The notes: generated from the letters alone by a model not told the origin. 24,000 nucleotides of DNA from Candidatus Hadarchaeota archaeon (GCA_040755315.1 JBFMBF010000015.1:6819-30818); one strand, 5' to 3'; positions 7,781-15,184 are shown, numbered from the stretch's first letter. Numbers and translations: made by a program.

Positions 7781-10108
7781 TCAGCCTTTCAGCCTGCTGG
7801 CGGCGACGAAAGCCTGGCCGACTGATATCCCGCCATCGCCCGGCGGGACCAGCCTGTGGCTTTTGAACTCAAGACCCTCTTTGACCACGGCGTCCCTCAC
7901 GCACGAGGTTATAGCGTCGTTGTAAAACACCCCGCCGGAAGCGCCGATGGTTTTTATCCCGCGCGCCCTTGCGGCCTCGACTGCCATCGCCGCCAATGCT
8001 CTTGCCACCGCGCGCTGGGCCCCGGCCGCGATGTCTTTTCTAGGGAGCCTCTTCCGCACGGCGCCGAGCACATCAACCAGAAGCTGGGAGCTGTCCGCAA
8101 CCAGCAGCCCGGATTCATTTTTGACATCCATCTCCAGCCCAGCTCTTTCGGGATCGCCGGCAGCCGCGGCAGCTTCGAGCTTCATCGCGGGCTCGCCCTC
8201 GTAGGTCCTCTCGCGGCAAATCCCCAATAGGCAGGAGACCGCGTCAAGGATCCGGCCGCAGCTTGAAGTCTGGAAGACATTCAATCCCCTCTCCAGCTGG
8301 CGCATGACCAGCTCGACCTCCCTAGCCCCATTCGGAAAACCTTGGATGCAGAACTCTTCGAGTGCCCGCTTCACCTCTTCGCGGGACATTGCCTGCGAAA
8401 GAATTCCGGCCACCGTCCTCGCGGGAAACTGCGTCGCGAGGTCCCCGCCTGGCATGGGCTGCTTCTTGAGCCCGCCGACGCGCTCGAAGTCTCCCGGCGT
8501 GGCCACCATCACCTCCCCTCCCCAGACTGACCCATCCTGCCCGAAACCAACACCATCCGCGGCTATCCCGACCAGCTCTTCCACCCCGGTCTCCGCCATG
8601 AGAGAAGCCAGGTGGGCATGGTGGTGCTGGACCTTCACGAGCTCGGCGCCAAACTTCCCGGCCATGGCCTCGGCCTCCGCAGTAGTGTTGTAAAGAGGGT
8701 GAAGGTCGCAGGCGACGGCATCCACGCCGTCAATGTTCAGGAGACCCATCAGGCGCCCGGCCCCCTCCCTGAGATATTCAAGTGTCTCAATCTTCGTGAC
8801 ATCGCCTATGTGCTGGCTGGGGAAGCAAAGGCTCCCCTTCAGAACAGAAACCGTGACGCAGAGCTCGGCTCCCAGCGCCAGCACCCTAGCGTTGCCGTCA
8901 AAATTCAGCTTCACGGGAGTTGGGACATGCCCCCGCGACCTCCTTATGAAGACGGGGGTTCCGGCCGTGAACCTCACCACGGAGTCGTCGCACCTGTTGA
9001 CTATTTTTCTGTCGTGCAAAAGGAGGTAATCCACTCGCCCTCCCAGCAACCCGAAAGCCTCCCGGTTGTCGACAGCCATGGGCATTCCCGGCATGTTCGC
9101 GCTCGTCATGACGTAGGCCAGCTCCTTCCCATGGTGGAGGATGAGGTGCTGTATCCCGGAGTACGGCAGCATCACCCCGACGGAGTAAAGCCCGGGCGCC
9201 ACCAGCTCCGACAGCGGGGAATCATCCCGGCGCTTCAGGACAACGATTGGGCGCTGGGGAGATGTCAGAATTTTCTCCTCTTCTCGGCCCATCTCGGCGA
9301 ATTTTTTTACAGCGTCTTGATCCTTCGACATCAAGGCGAAAGGCTGCTGTGGCCTTCCGAACAACCTGCGGAGGCGCGCCAAGACATCGTCCGAGGTCGT
9401 CTTGGCCGCCACGTGGGTTCCACCGATGCCTTTGATTGCCAAAATGGCCCCATCGTCCAGGAGCCTCGCCGCCTCTCGCGTGGCGTCCCGCACCTCCAGC
9501 TTCTCTCCATCCTGCCGGTAGAGCTCCAGCGCCGGCCCGCATTTTGAACAGCAGGTCGGCTCGGCATGGTACCTCCTGTCGGCCGGATCCCTGTATTCGC
9601 CGGAGCAGTCGGCGCAGAGCGGGAAATCAGCCATCGAGGTCCTCGGCCTGTCGTAGGGCAGGCTCTCGATGATCGTGAACCTAGGCCCGCAGTTGACGCA
9701 GGTTATGAAGGCGTAGCCGTGCCTGCGGTCCTTCTGATCCATCATCTCGCGCAGGCAATCGTCGCACGTGGCCATGTCCGAAGGGACTATCGATGGAAGG
9801 CCCGCGCCCGCCTTCTCGCTCTCCGCAACGTTGAAACTTTCAAAATCGCCTCTGGGAGGAAGCCACTTGACCAGAACATCCTCGACCCTGGCCATGGGCG
9901 GCTGCTCCGACCTCAGGAGTGATGCGAACTTCTCTATCGTGCCCCTGCTGCCCTCCACGACGATCTGGACGCCGGCATCGCCCATGTTGCGAACGAACCC
10001 CATGAGCCCCAAACGAGTCGCGAGCCTGCGGCAGAACGGCCTGAACCCCACCCCCTGCACGAGACCAGTGCTCCATATCTCCGCGCGCGCCTTGGACTTG
10101 TTTTCCAT
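7781..10108 (-). CDS. hypF: Carbamoyltransferase HypF
   Basis: Acylphosphatase domain (VQGVGFRPFCRRLA), two CxxC-x18-CxxC zinc fingers (CDDC...CVNCGPR, CADC...CSKCGP), and YrdC-like and Kae1-like domains. I prefer the ATG at 10108 (MENKSKARAEI) because a TATA-like TTAAAATTTTT sits about 27 nt upstream. The tracked start at 10171 lies upstream of that box. Confidence 0.96.
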   Translation of the reverse strand: MENKSKARAEIWSTGLVQGVGFRPFCRRLATRLGLMGFVRNMGDAGVQIVVEGSRGTIEKFASLLRSEQPPMARVEDVLVKWLPPRGDFESFNVAESEKAGAGLPSIVPSDMATCDDCLREMMDQKDRRHGYAFITCVNCGPRFTIIESLPYDRPRTSMADFPLCADCSGEYRDPADRRYHAEPTCCSKCGPALELYRQDGEKLEVRDATREAARLLDDGAILAIKGIGGTHVAAKTTSDDVLARLRRLFGRPQQPFALMSKDQDAVKKFAEMGREEEKILTSPQRPIVVLKRRDDSPLSELVAPGLYSVGVMLPYSGIQHLILHHGKELAYVMTSANMPGMPMAVDNREAFGLLGGRVDYLLLHDRKIVNRCDDSVVRFTAGTPVFIRRSRGHVPTPVKLNFDGNARVLALGAELCVTVSVLKGSLCFPSQHIGDVTKIETLEYLREGAGRLMGLLNIDGVDAVACDLHPLYNTTAEAEAMAGKFGAELVKVQHHHAHLASLMAETGVEELVGIAADGVGFGQDGSVWGGEVMVATPGDFERVGGLKKQPMPGGDLATQFPARTVAGILSQAMSREEVKRALEEFCIQGFPNGAREVELVMRQLERGLNVFQTSSCGRILDAVSCLLGICRERTYEGEPAMKLEAAAAAGDPERAGLEMDVKNESGLLVADSSQLLVDVLGAVRKRLPRKDIAAGAQRAVARALAAMAVEAARARGIKTIGASGGVFYNDAITSCVRDAVVKEGLEFKSHRLVPPGDGGISVGQAFVAASRLKG

Positions 10109-10134
10109 TCCTTGGAGAATGGTTGGCCAGCCGC

Positions 10135-10145
10135 TTAAAATTTTT
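10135..10145 (-). promoter_or_regulatory. Putative archaeal TATA box for hypF (leaderless transcript)
   Basis: The minus-strand AAAAATTTTAA is centred about 27-30 nt upstream of the ATG at 10108. Confidence 0.4.
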
Positions 10146-10246
10146 GTGTAAACCAGGGCGCTACAAAACAAGAAAAAGTGGCCGCCTAAACAATGTTACA
10201 AATGCAGCTACAAAAACCATTATTACAATCGCGGCTGTTGTTGTGA

Positions 10247-11587
10247 CTAGGGCCGCGCCCGGGGAACCTTGAGTGTATGTCTGCTGACTACTACGACTAT
10301 CGCTATAACCAGCGCGATTATCGAGACGCCCACCACCCACAATGGCGGAATCCCCGCCGTTGGCGTGGTTGGAAACGTTGCTGGACTCGTGGCCTGTGAA
10401 CCAGTTACCGCGAACACCGAGAAGCTCGGAGTTTCTGCAGAGACGTACAGGTAGCTCTCGTCCTCTCCAGTTATCGTGGTGGGCAGCTCGGTCCATACGC
10501 CGTTCACACAATGCTGCAACGTTATGGAATTATCATCCAAGTTGTTTGCAGCAATCCAATCTTGGTCTACTTTTATTCCTATTTCAGCAGTTTCTATCAA
10601 TTCCGGAATGTTTGTGCCAACTTGGAAGAGCTCTTGGAAATTCTCCGCTGGTGGCGGCACATTCTCTGGCAGGTCATCCGGACTCAAATGCAAAGCCGTT
10701 ATGACGACATCGGACACGTTCTCGCTCACATCAATCTTAATCCCGCCCACTGACACGTTTTCAGCAGGTCTTTCGGCGGGAATCCAAGGCCCGTTGTCGG
10801 CGGAGCGCATGAAAGGTGTTGAACCTTCAGGTATGTCGAAACCGACCGGGGCATCCGTGGTGACGTTGTCTCTCTCCCAAGTCCAGCACGGCTTGTTTTC
10901 CGGCGGTACCCAGTGGTTCTCCTCGGGATTCAACCGCGGGGATACAGAAGTCGAAAGCATGTTTTCCGACGGGGACGATGACGACATCCAACGCTCTGAT
11001 GGCATCCAATCTGAGCGCGGCGTCCAGTTTTCGGGCCTCTTCCAGCTACTCTCAGGCATATATGGTGGCACGATGTCCGTGAGGAGATTTTCCGGTACGT
11101 CCCAAGTTGTAGGAGGGGTCCAGTCCGAAGGGGGCCTCATCCCGCCTGGCCACCAGTTTTCTGGAGGCTCCCAAGCCGTGGGCCACCAGTCATGGACCGT
11201 GGTCCAGTGAACATACATCGCGTATGGATCATTCTCCGTGGCAGCGCTGGTAACTTGCACCCCGCAGAACGGGCAGTATGTTTTGCTCAGCGGCGGCGAG
11301 ATTGACGCGTAGGTCGTTCGTATGTAATTGGCAACTTCTGATATCGTGGAAAACTCCACTCCGTCTATCAAACTGTAAACAGGGCCCGGGTGTTCATTGA
11401 GGTACACGCTAAAGTGGTTTTCATACTGGTGCGCCGTCACTTCCGCAAAGCTGGAAAAATTCTCGTGGCAGATTGGGCACGCGTTTGGAGGAGGACCCGG
11501 TGGCTGTTGCGGAGGCGCTGCCACCGGCGAAACAAATGCAAAAATCACAAATGCCGATATAAGCAGGACGATTGAAACACATTTCAT
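10247..11587 (-). CDS. Secreted, membrane-anchored surface protein: signal peptide, two C2H2-like motifs, Trp-rich P(x)EN repeat region, PGF-pre-PGF-like domain, Thr/Pro linker, C-terminal TM anchor
   Basis: SD GGAGG precedes the ATG. N-terminal hydrophobic signal MKCVSIVLLISAFVIFAFVSPVAA. Motifs CPICHENFSSFAEVTAHQYENH and CPFCG-x18-HWTTVH. 15 Trp in aa 128-240. The block IETAEIGIKVDQDWIAANNLDDNSITLQHCVNGVWTELPTTITGEDESYLYVSAETPSFSVFAVTG matches the PGF-pre-PGF domain pattern. C-terminal IPPLWVVGVSIIALVIAIVVVVSRH. Confidence 0.8.
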   Translation of the reverse strand: MKCVSIVLLISAFVIFAFVSPVAAPPQQPPGPPPNACPICHENFSSFAEVTAHQYENHFSVYLNEHPGPVYSLIDGVEFSTISEVANYIRTTYASISPPLSKTYCPFCGVQVTSAATENDPYAMYVHWTTVHDWWPTAWEPPENWWPGGMRPPSDWTPPTTWDVPENLLTDIVPPYMPESSWKRPENWTPRSDWMPSERWMSSSSPSENMLSTSVSPRLNPEENHWVPPENKPCWTWERDNVTTDAPVGFDIPEGSTPFMRSADNGPWIPAERPAENVSVGGIKIDVSENVSDVVITALHLSPDDLPENVPPPAENFQELFQVGTNIPELIETAEIGIKVDQDWIAANNLDDNSITLQHCVNGVWTELPTTITGEDESYLYVSAETPSFSVFAVTGSQATSPATFPTTPTAGIPPLWVVGVSIIALVIAIVVVVSRHTLKVPRARP

Positions 11588-11712
11588 TCACTTGCCTCCG
11601 AACCAAGAAAACTATACAACATAAATACTTACCTATTTTTGCAAGAGGAACCCAAATTCTGGCGGCCCCACCTCTCTACAGCAGAAATTTTGTTTTCAAG
11701 AGAAGTGGAAGT

Positions 11713-11892
11713 CTAGTGCTCTCCCAGAATTTCCTTTTTTAGCGCCTCCTTTATCGCCGAACTCAGAATCGCCATTTGCCTTTCTTCCTCTGAATCGCCG
11801 ACTACGAGCACGCGGTGGGGTTCGGCAATTGCTTCTTCCAAAATGACTCTTTCGGGGTCTACTCCCAAATCTCTCAGCACAGATTTAGCCAT
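11713..11892 (-). CDS. Candidate small ORF (59 aa), below the ORF-track cutoff; function unknown
   Basis: ATG..TAG ORF read by hand: MAKSVLRDLGVDPERVILEEAIAEPHRVLVVGDSEEERQMAILSSAIKEALKKEILGEH. No convincing SD. Confidence 0.3.
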   Translation of the reverse strand: MAKSVLRDLGVDPERVILEEAIAEPHRVLVVGDSEEERQMAILSSAIKEALKKEILGEH

Positions 11893-12012
11893 TTCAAGTT
11901 CTTATAGTCAGAGTAAAATTTCCATTTCCAATCAATTCTGCGTTAGCAGACTATATTTTAGAGTCGGGGGCGTTCTATCAATAAAGCGAATAGCGACTAT
12001 CAAGAACAAGAA

Positions 12013-12405
12013 TTAAGGGGCTTTGGCTTTTTTGTTTTTGTGATTTTCTTTTTTTGAAGCCCATTCCATCAGAGGAATTATGGAATCTCTAACCTCAACC
12101 CCGTCTTGTGTTAGTGAATATTCCACTCTTGGCGGTATTTCTGCAAAAACTTCTTTTTCAATCAAACCTGATTTTTCTAATTCTTTTAGTCTATCTGCTA
12201 ATGTTTTTGGGCTTATATCTTCCAAGTTTTCCATAATTTTATTGAATCTTATTTTTTTGTTGTTTCCAATCGTTCCGATAATCGATAATGCCCATTTTTT
12301 ACTAATTACGTTTATAATGCCATCAGCAGGACATAAACAAATTTCTTTTCCTCCTTTAATCGTGCAATGAACATTCTTACAATGAGTATCACTTTCCTTT
12401 TTCAT
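12013..12405 (-). CDS. HxlR-family (MarR-like wHTH) transcription regulator with an N-terminal His/Cys cluster
   Basis: CPADGIINVISKKWALSIIGTI ... RFNKIMENLEDISPKTLADRLKELEKSGLIEKEVFAEIPPRVEYSLTQDG is the HxlR signature. The N-terminal extension is HC-x4-HC-x8-CLC. The gene is very AT-rich. Confidence 0.85.
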   Translation of the reverse strand: MKKESDTHCKNVHCTIKGGKEICLCPADGIINVISKKWALSIIGTIGNNKKIRFNKIMENLEDISPKTLADRLKELEKSGLIEKEVFAEIPPRVEYSLTQDGVEVRDSIIPLMEWASKKENHKNKKAKAP

Positions 12406-12508
12406 AGTAGCTCACCATTTCATTACTTTCTATGTTACTATAAACTTGATAGTTTAAATACTTTACAATTTATACTAATTAGATAACGTAAAGTAAGAGG
12501 TGAAAAAA

Positions 12509-12676
12509 ATGTGTTGTGGACCAAGTACTCGAGGATGGGACTGCACTTGCAACGTGCCAAGGCGCCGAGGTTTCCTGACCAAAGAAGAGGAAACAGACTC
12601 GTTGGAAAAATACAAGGAAGAATTAGAGAAAGAGATCAAAGGTGTCGAGCGCAAAATACGGGAGTTGAAGAGTTGA
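12509..12676 (+). CDS. Untracked 55-aa Cys-rich peptide with a charged coiled-coil tail (DUF5320-like by recollection)
   Basis: Strong SD AAGAGGTGA lies 7 nt before the ATG. Translation: MCCGPSTRGWDCTCNVPRRRGFLTKEEETDSLEKYKEELEKEIKGVERKIRELKS. A hairpin plus T8 follows. It is divergent from the HxlR-family regulator gene and upstream of the MFS gene. Confidence 0.6.
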   Translation: MCCGPSTRGWDCTCNVPRRRGFLTKEEETDSLEKYKEELEKEIKGVERKIRELKS

Positions 12677-12699
12677 ATTAATCTTCAACTCTTTTTTTT
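12662..12699 (+). terminator. Hairpin plus oligo-T terminator after the 55-aa ORF
   Basis: Perfect 10-bp stem GAGTTGAAGA / TCTTCAACTC (12662-12671 / 12682-12691), 10-nt loop, then T8 (12692-12699). The stem overlaps the stop codon. Confidence 0.5.
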
Positions 12700-12803
12700 A
12701 TGGAGTACCAAAATGAATGAAATAATTTTCGTGAGGGCGACATTACCGCCGGTTAGGGAGATCAAATAAACGGAGGCACAATCTGAAAAATACGAATGTA
12801 GGT

Positions 12804-13979
12804 ATGATGCTTATTGTTTTAGGGATGATGGCCTTCTGGTGCAATGGGGACAACTACGCGGCAGCGCCTCTCATTGTCGAGATCTCAAAAGATCTCGGGA
12901 TTGGCATCAGCGAAGCGGCTCTTTCGGTTATTGCCTACATGCTGCCCTTTGGGCTTTTTACTCTTATCTTCGGACCTCTTGCCGACCGGTACGGAAAGGC
13001 AAGAATTATTAACCTGGCAGCCTTTGGAACAGCCATTTTCAGCTGCCTTGGCGCGATAGCGTTCAACCTTGCTTCACTTATTGTCATCCGAGCCGTAAAC
13101 GGAGCCTTTGCCGCCGCCATCATCCCCGTAACCATGTCTCTTGTAGGAGATCGCTTCGGTCATGATTCCAAAGAGGTGCAAAATGCCTTGGGAAAAGTCT
13201 TTGGCATGATGTTTCTTGGTGGGGCGGTTGCAACGGCAATAGGAGGAGCACTGGCTTTCGTCGGCTCTTGGAGACTCGTCTACCTCGTCTACGGGATTGC
13301 GGAGTTGGTCATGTTTTTACTCATGCTGAAAATTCTGGAAAAACAGCCTGGAACCACTGCAAGATTGAACTTCAGGGAGGCTTACGGGGACGCGCTCGCC
13401 AAACCTAATCTCTTGAAGACAGTGAGTATCGTCTTTCTGGTGGGATTTTCTGTTTTCGGAAGTTTTGCCTATGTTGGAAAATTCGTCGAGACCCGGACAG
13501 GGTATAACATCCTTCTGGTTGGCCTGATCCTTACCTGCTTCGGGCTTGCAACGGTTGTTGGTGGCAGGAAGACCGGAGTCCTAACGCGGAAATTTGGAAA
13601 CAAACTCCTCCTTTTTGCTGGCATCCTCGCCTGTATCTCGTGGGCGCTAATGGGAGCCTGGCATTCCCCGTTGTGGATGTCTCTTTCGCTAGCCGGTTTC
13701 GGCTTGGGATTCATCATGATTCATCCAACCCTCGTCACCACAGCCCAGCAACTCATGCCGGCAAGGCGGGGTACGGTCATGTCCCTTGTCTCCTTCAACA
13801 TGTTCATAGGCGGCGGTATTGGAACGTTCGTTAATGGAAAGATTCTGGACCACTGGGGCTTTGGGGCGGTTTTTGTCTTTGCTGCAACTTCCATACTCCT
13901 TGCAGGCGCCATCGCTGCCGCACTCCTGCAAAGAATCGCGCCGGCTGCCTCTCTTCAGTCGCAGCCTGAACAGAGGTGA
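12804..13979 (+). CDS. MFS transporter (drug/metabolite:H+ antiporter-like)
   Basis: Motif A-like GPLADRYGKARII between TM2 and TM3, with about 11-12 hydrophobic segments. 391 aa. The first TM segment looks short. Confidence 0.9.
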   Translation: MMLIVLGMMAFWCNGDNYAAAPLIVEISKDLGIGISEAALSVIAYMLPFGLFTLIFGPLADRYGKARIINLAAFGTAIFSCLGAIAFNLASLIVIRAVNGAFAAAIIPVTMSLVGDRFGHDSKEVQNALGKVFGMMFLGGAVATAIGGALAFVGSWRLVYLVYGIAELVMFLLMLKILEKQPGTTARLNFREAYGDALAKPNLLKTVSIVFLVGFSVFGSFAYVGKFVETRTGYNILLVGLILTCFGLATVVGGRKTGVLTRKFGNKLLLFAGILACISWALMGAWHSPLWMSLSLAGFGLGFIMIHPTLVTTAQQLMPARRGTVMSLVSFNMFIGGGIGTFVNGKILDHWGFGAVFVFAATSILLAGAIAAALLQRIAPAASLQSQPEQR

Positions 13980-14050
13980 AACTAATGGAGGACAAGATTA
14001 TGCGCCCCGACCTCTCATTTTAAAGCCAAGGCGTTAGAGAGGTGGAAAAG

Positions 14051-14209
14051 ATGGGATATAAGGCGAGGCTTTACGTGAATGAGCCGAGTGCGTTTTTAGA
14101 CAGCTTGGCTGATTTTGCGCGTTCAACCGAATACAATTTTCCGCTGTACAGACGTGAGTGCTGGCGACCCCACTACACAAAAACTGCCAGACGTTTGCAC
14201 ACAAATTGA
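14051..14209 (+). CDS. Candidate small ORF (52 aa), below the ORF-track cutoff; function unknown
   Basis: SD GAGAGGTGG lies 5 nt before the ATG. Translation: MGYKARLYVNEPSAFLDSLADFARSTEYNFPLYRRECWRPHYTKTARRLHTN. It ends 3 nt before the convergent vapC stop. Confidence 0.3.
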   Translation: MGYKARLYVNEPSAFLDSLADFARSTEYNFPLYRRECWRPHYTKTARRLHTN

Positions 14210-14212
14210 CGT

Positions 14213-14632
14213 TCAGATTTCCTCGCGCCTCACGATGCTTGGGACCCAATCAAACCCTCTATCAAAAGATATCAAATCCTTGATTCCCCGGCTTTGCATC
14301 AGCGCTACGGTGGTTGAATCAACAAAGCTGAGGTTCGGGTATTTTTTAAAAATCTCGCCCGCAATCTTCAGCTCGATGTCATTTACTCTTACGAGTTCCA
14401 GGTGGGGGGATGAAAGCATGGCCTCGTATACCTTGTTTGACGCCTCGACTCCTCCCCTCCCACTGAACCTAATCAGGGTTAAAGTCTCGGCCATCACATA
14501 ATCCGTGAAGACGCATCTGCCCAGCTTTCCAACGCCCATTGTAGCCAAGATTTTTGAGGCATCTCTGTGCCTAGCGTCACGCTTGAGGGCCGCCGCCGCC
14601 AACACGACTGAGTCTATCGCGAACAAGCCCAT
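14213..14632 (-). CDS. vapC: PIN-domain toxin VapC
   Basis: Acidic PIN residues lie in FAIDSVVL, VMAETL, SFVDSTTVA and SFDRGFD. The ATG overlaps the vapB stop by 1 nt (TGATG). Confidence 0.85.
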   Translation of the reverse strand: MGLFAIDSVVLAAAALKRDARHRDASKILATMGVGKLGRCVFTDYVMAETLTLIRFSGRGGVEASNKVYEAMLSSPHLELVRVNDIELKIAGEIFKKYPNLSFVDSTTVALMQSRGIKDLISFDRGFDWVPSIVRREEI

Positions 14633-14877
14633 CAGCGCCCGTACAAAATTTTGTTGTGATTTTTGGTCACGTCAGAAGGGTCAGCTTCGACTAATCCAAC
14701 CATCTGGAGAAGCGGGTCTTTTTTTATTTTTTTTCTTCTGGGTTTGACAACTATCTCAGCCGCCATGGGGAGCCACTCAAGCTCGTCGCCGACTTCGAGG
14801 CCAAACATCCTCCTGACATCAGACGGGACCGAAGTCAGATACTTTTTCGATACTTTTGTTGTAGCCACGCGCCACAC
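14632..14877 (-). CDS. vapB: AbrB/SpoVT-type antitoxin VapB
   Basis: TKVSKKYLTSVPSDVRRMFGLEVGDELEW is a SpoVT-AbrB swapped-hairpin motif. GTG start (14877, or 14868). TATA-like TTTAAAAAC at 14900-14909 suggests a leaderless transcript. Confidence 0.8.
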   Translation of the reverse strand: MWRVATTKVSKKYLTSVPSDVRRMFGLEVGDELEWLPMAAEIVVKPRRKKIKKDPLLQMVGLVEADPSDVTKNHNKILYGR

Positions 14878-15184
14878 CGATTTACTATATTCCTATGCGT
14901 TTTTAAACTTTCCTATACTTTTAGTGTTTTCACTTAGATTGGATATTCCCGCGGATTGGGCGTCAAATTGTTTTATCTCCAAGTGGTTGCGTTTAGTCAG
15001 AATTACCTCCAAAGGTAACGTAGGGTTTATGCGGTTATTTTTCCTGTTTTCCCTTCTCTTTCTCCCGAATTCTGATTTCAGCCATCTGCTGGTGGGCCCG
15101 GGCGACCCCACCATCCCGCAGATTTGTTGGCCACACGTTCGGTTTAGGCGAGAATAGTTTTTAATGACGGGCCCCTGCCGAGTA

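Noticed and set aside
8612-9547. 311-aa plus-strand ORF, with neighbours at 7856-8230, 8304-8693 and 9566-10151
   Set aside because: All are antisense or out of frame relative to hypF, and their translations are Arg/Pro/Gly-rich with no recognisable domains.
10109-10171. Tracked N-terminal extensions of hypF (to 10171), hypD (to 17363) and hypE (from 17267)
   Set aside because: The extensions are not homologous to the respective families and would begin upstream of the likely TATA boxes. Internal starts give the canonical N-termini.
10247-10330. PGF-CTERM archaeosortase signal at the C-terminus of the surface protein
   Set aside because: A Thr/Pro linker, a TM helix and a basic tail are present, but the PGF tripeptide is absent (the sequence reads AGIPPLW). 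I call it only a C-terminal anchor.
10476-11210. 244-aa plus-strand ORF
   Set aside because: It is antisense to the surface-protein gene, which has an SD, a signal peptide and a recognisable domain. This ORF has none of these.
11713-11892. Resemblance of the 59-aa ORF (LGVDPERVILE...) to the C-terminal tail of MvhD/FlpD hydrogenase subunits
   Set aside because: The similarity is limited to a few residues from memory and does not extend further. It is too weak to assert.
12713-12769. 18-aa ORF (MNEIIFVRATLPPVREIK) upstream of the MFS gene as a frameshifted N-terminus
   Set aside because: It is in a different frame, it is not hydrophobic like an MFS TM1, and there is no evidence of a frameshift.
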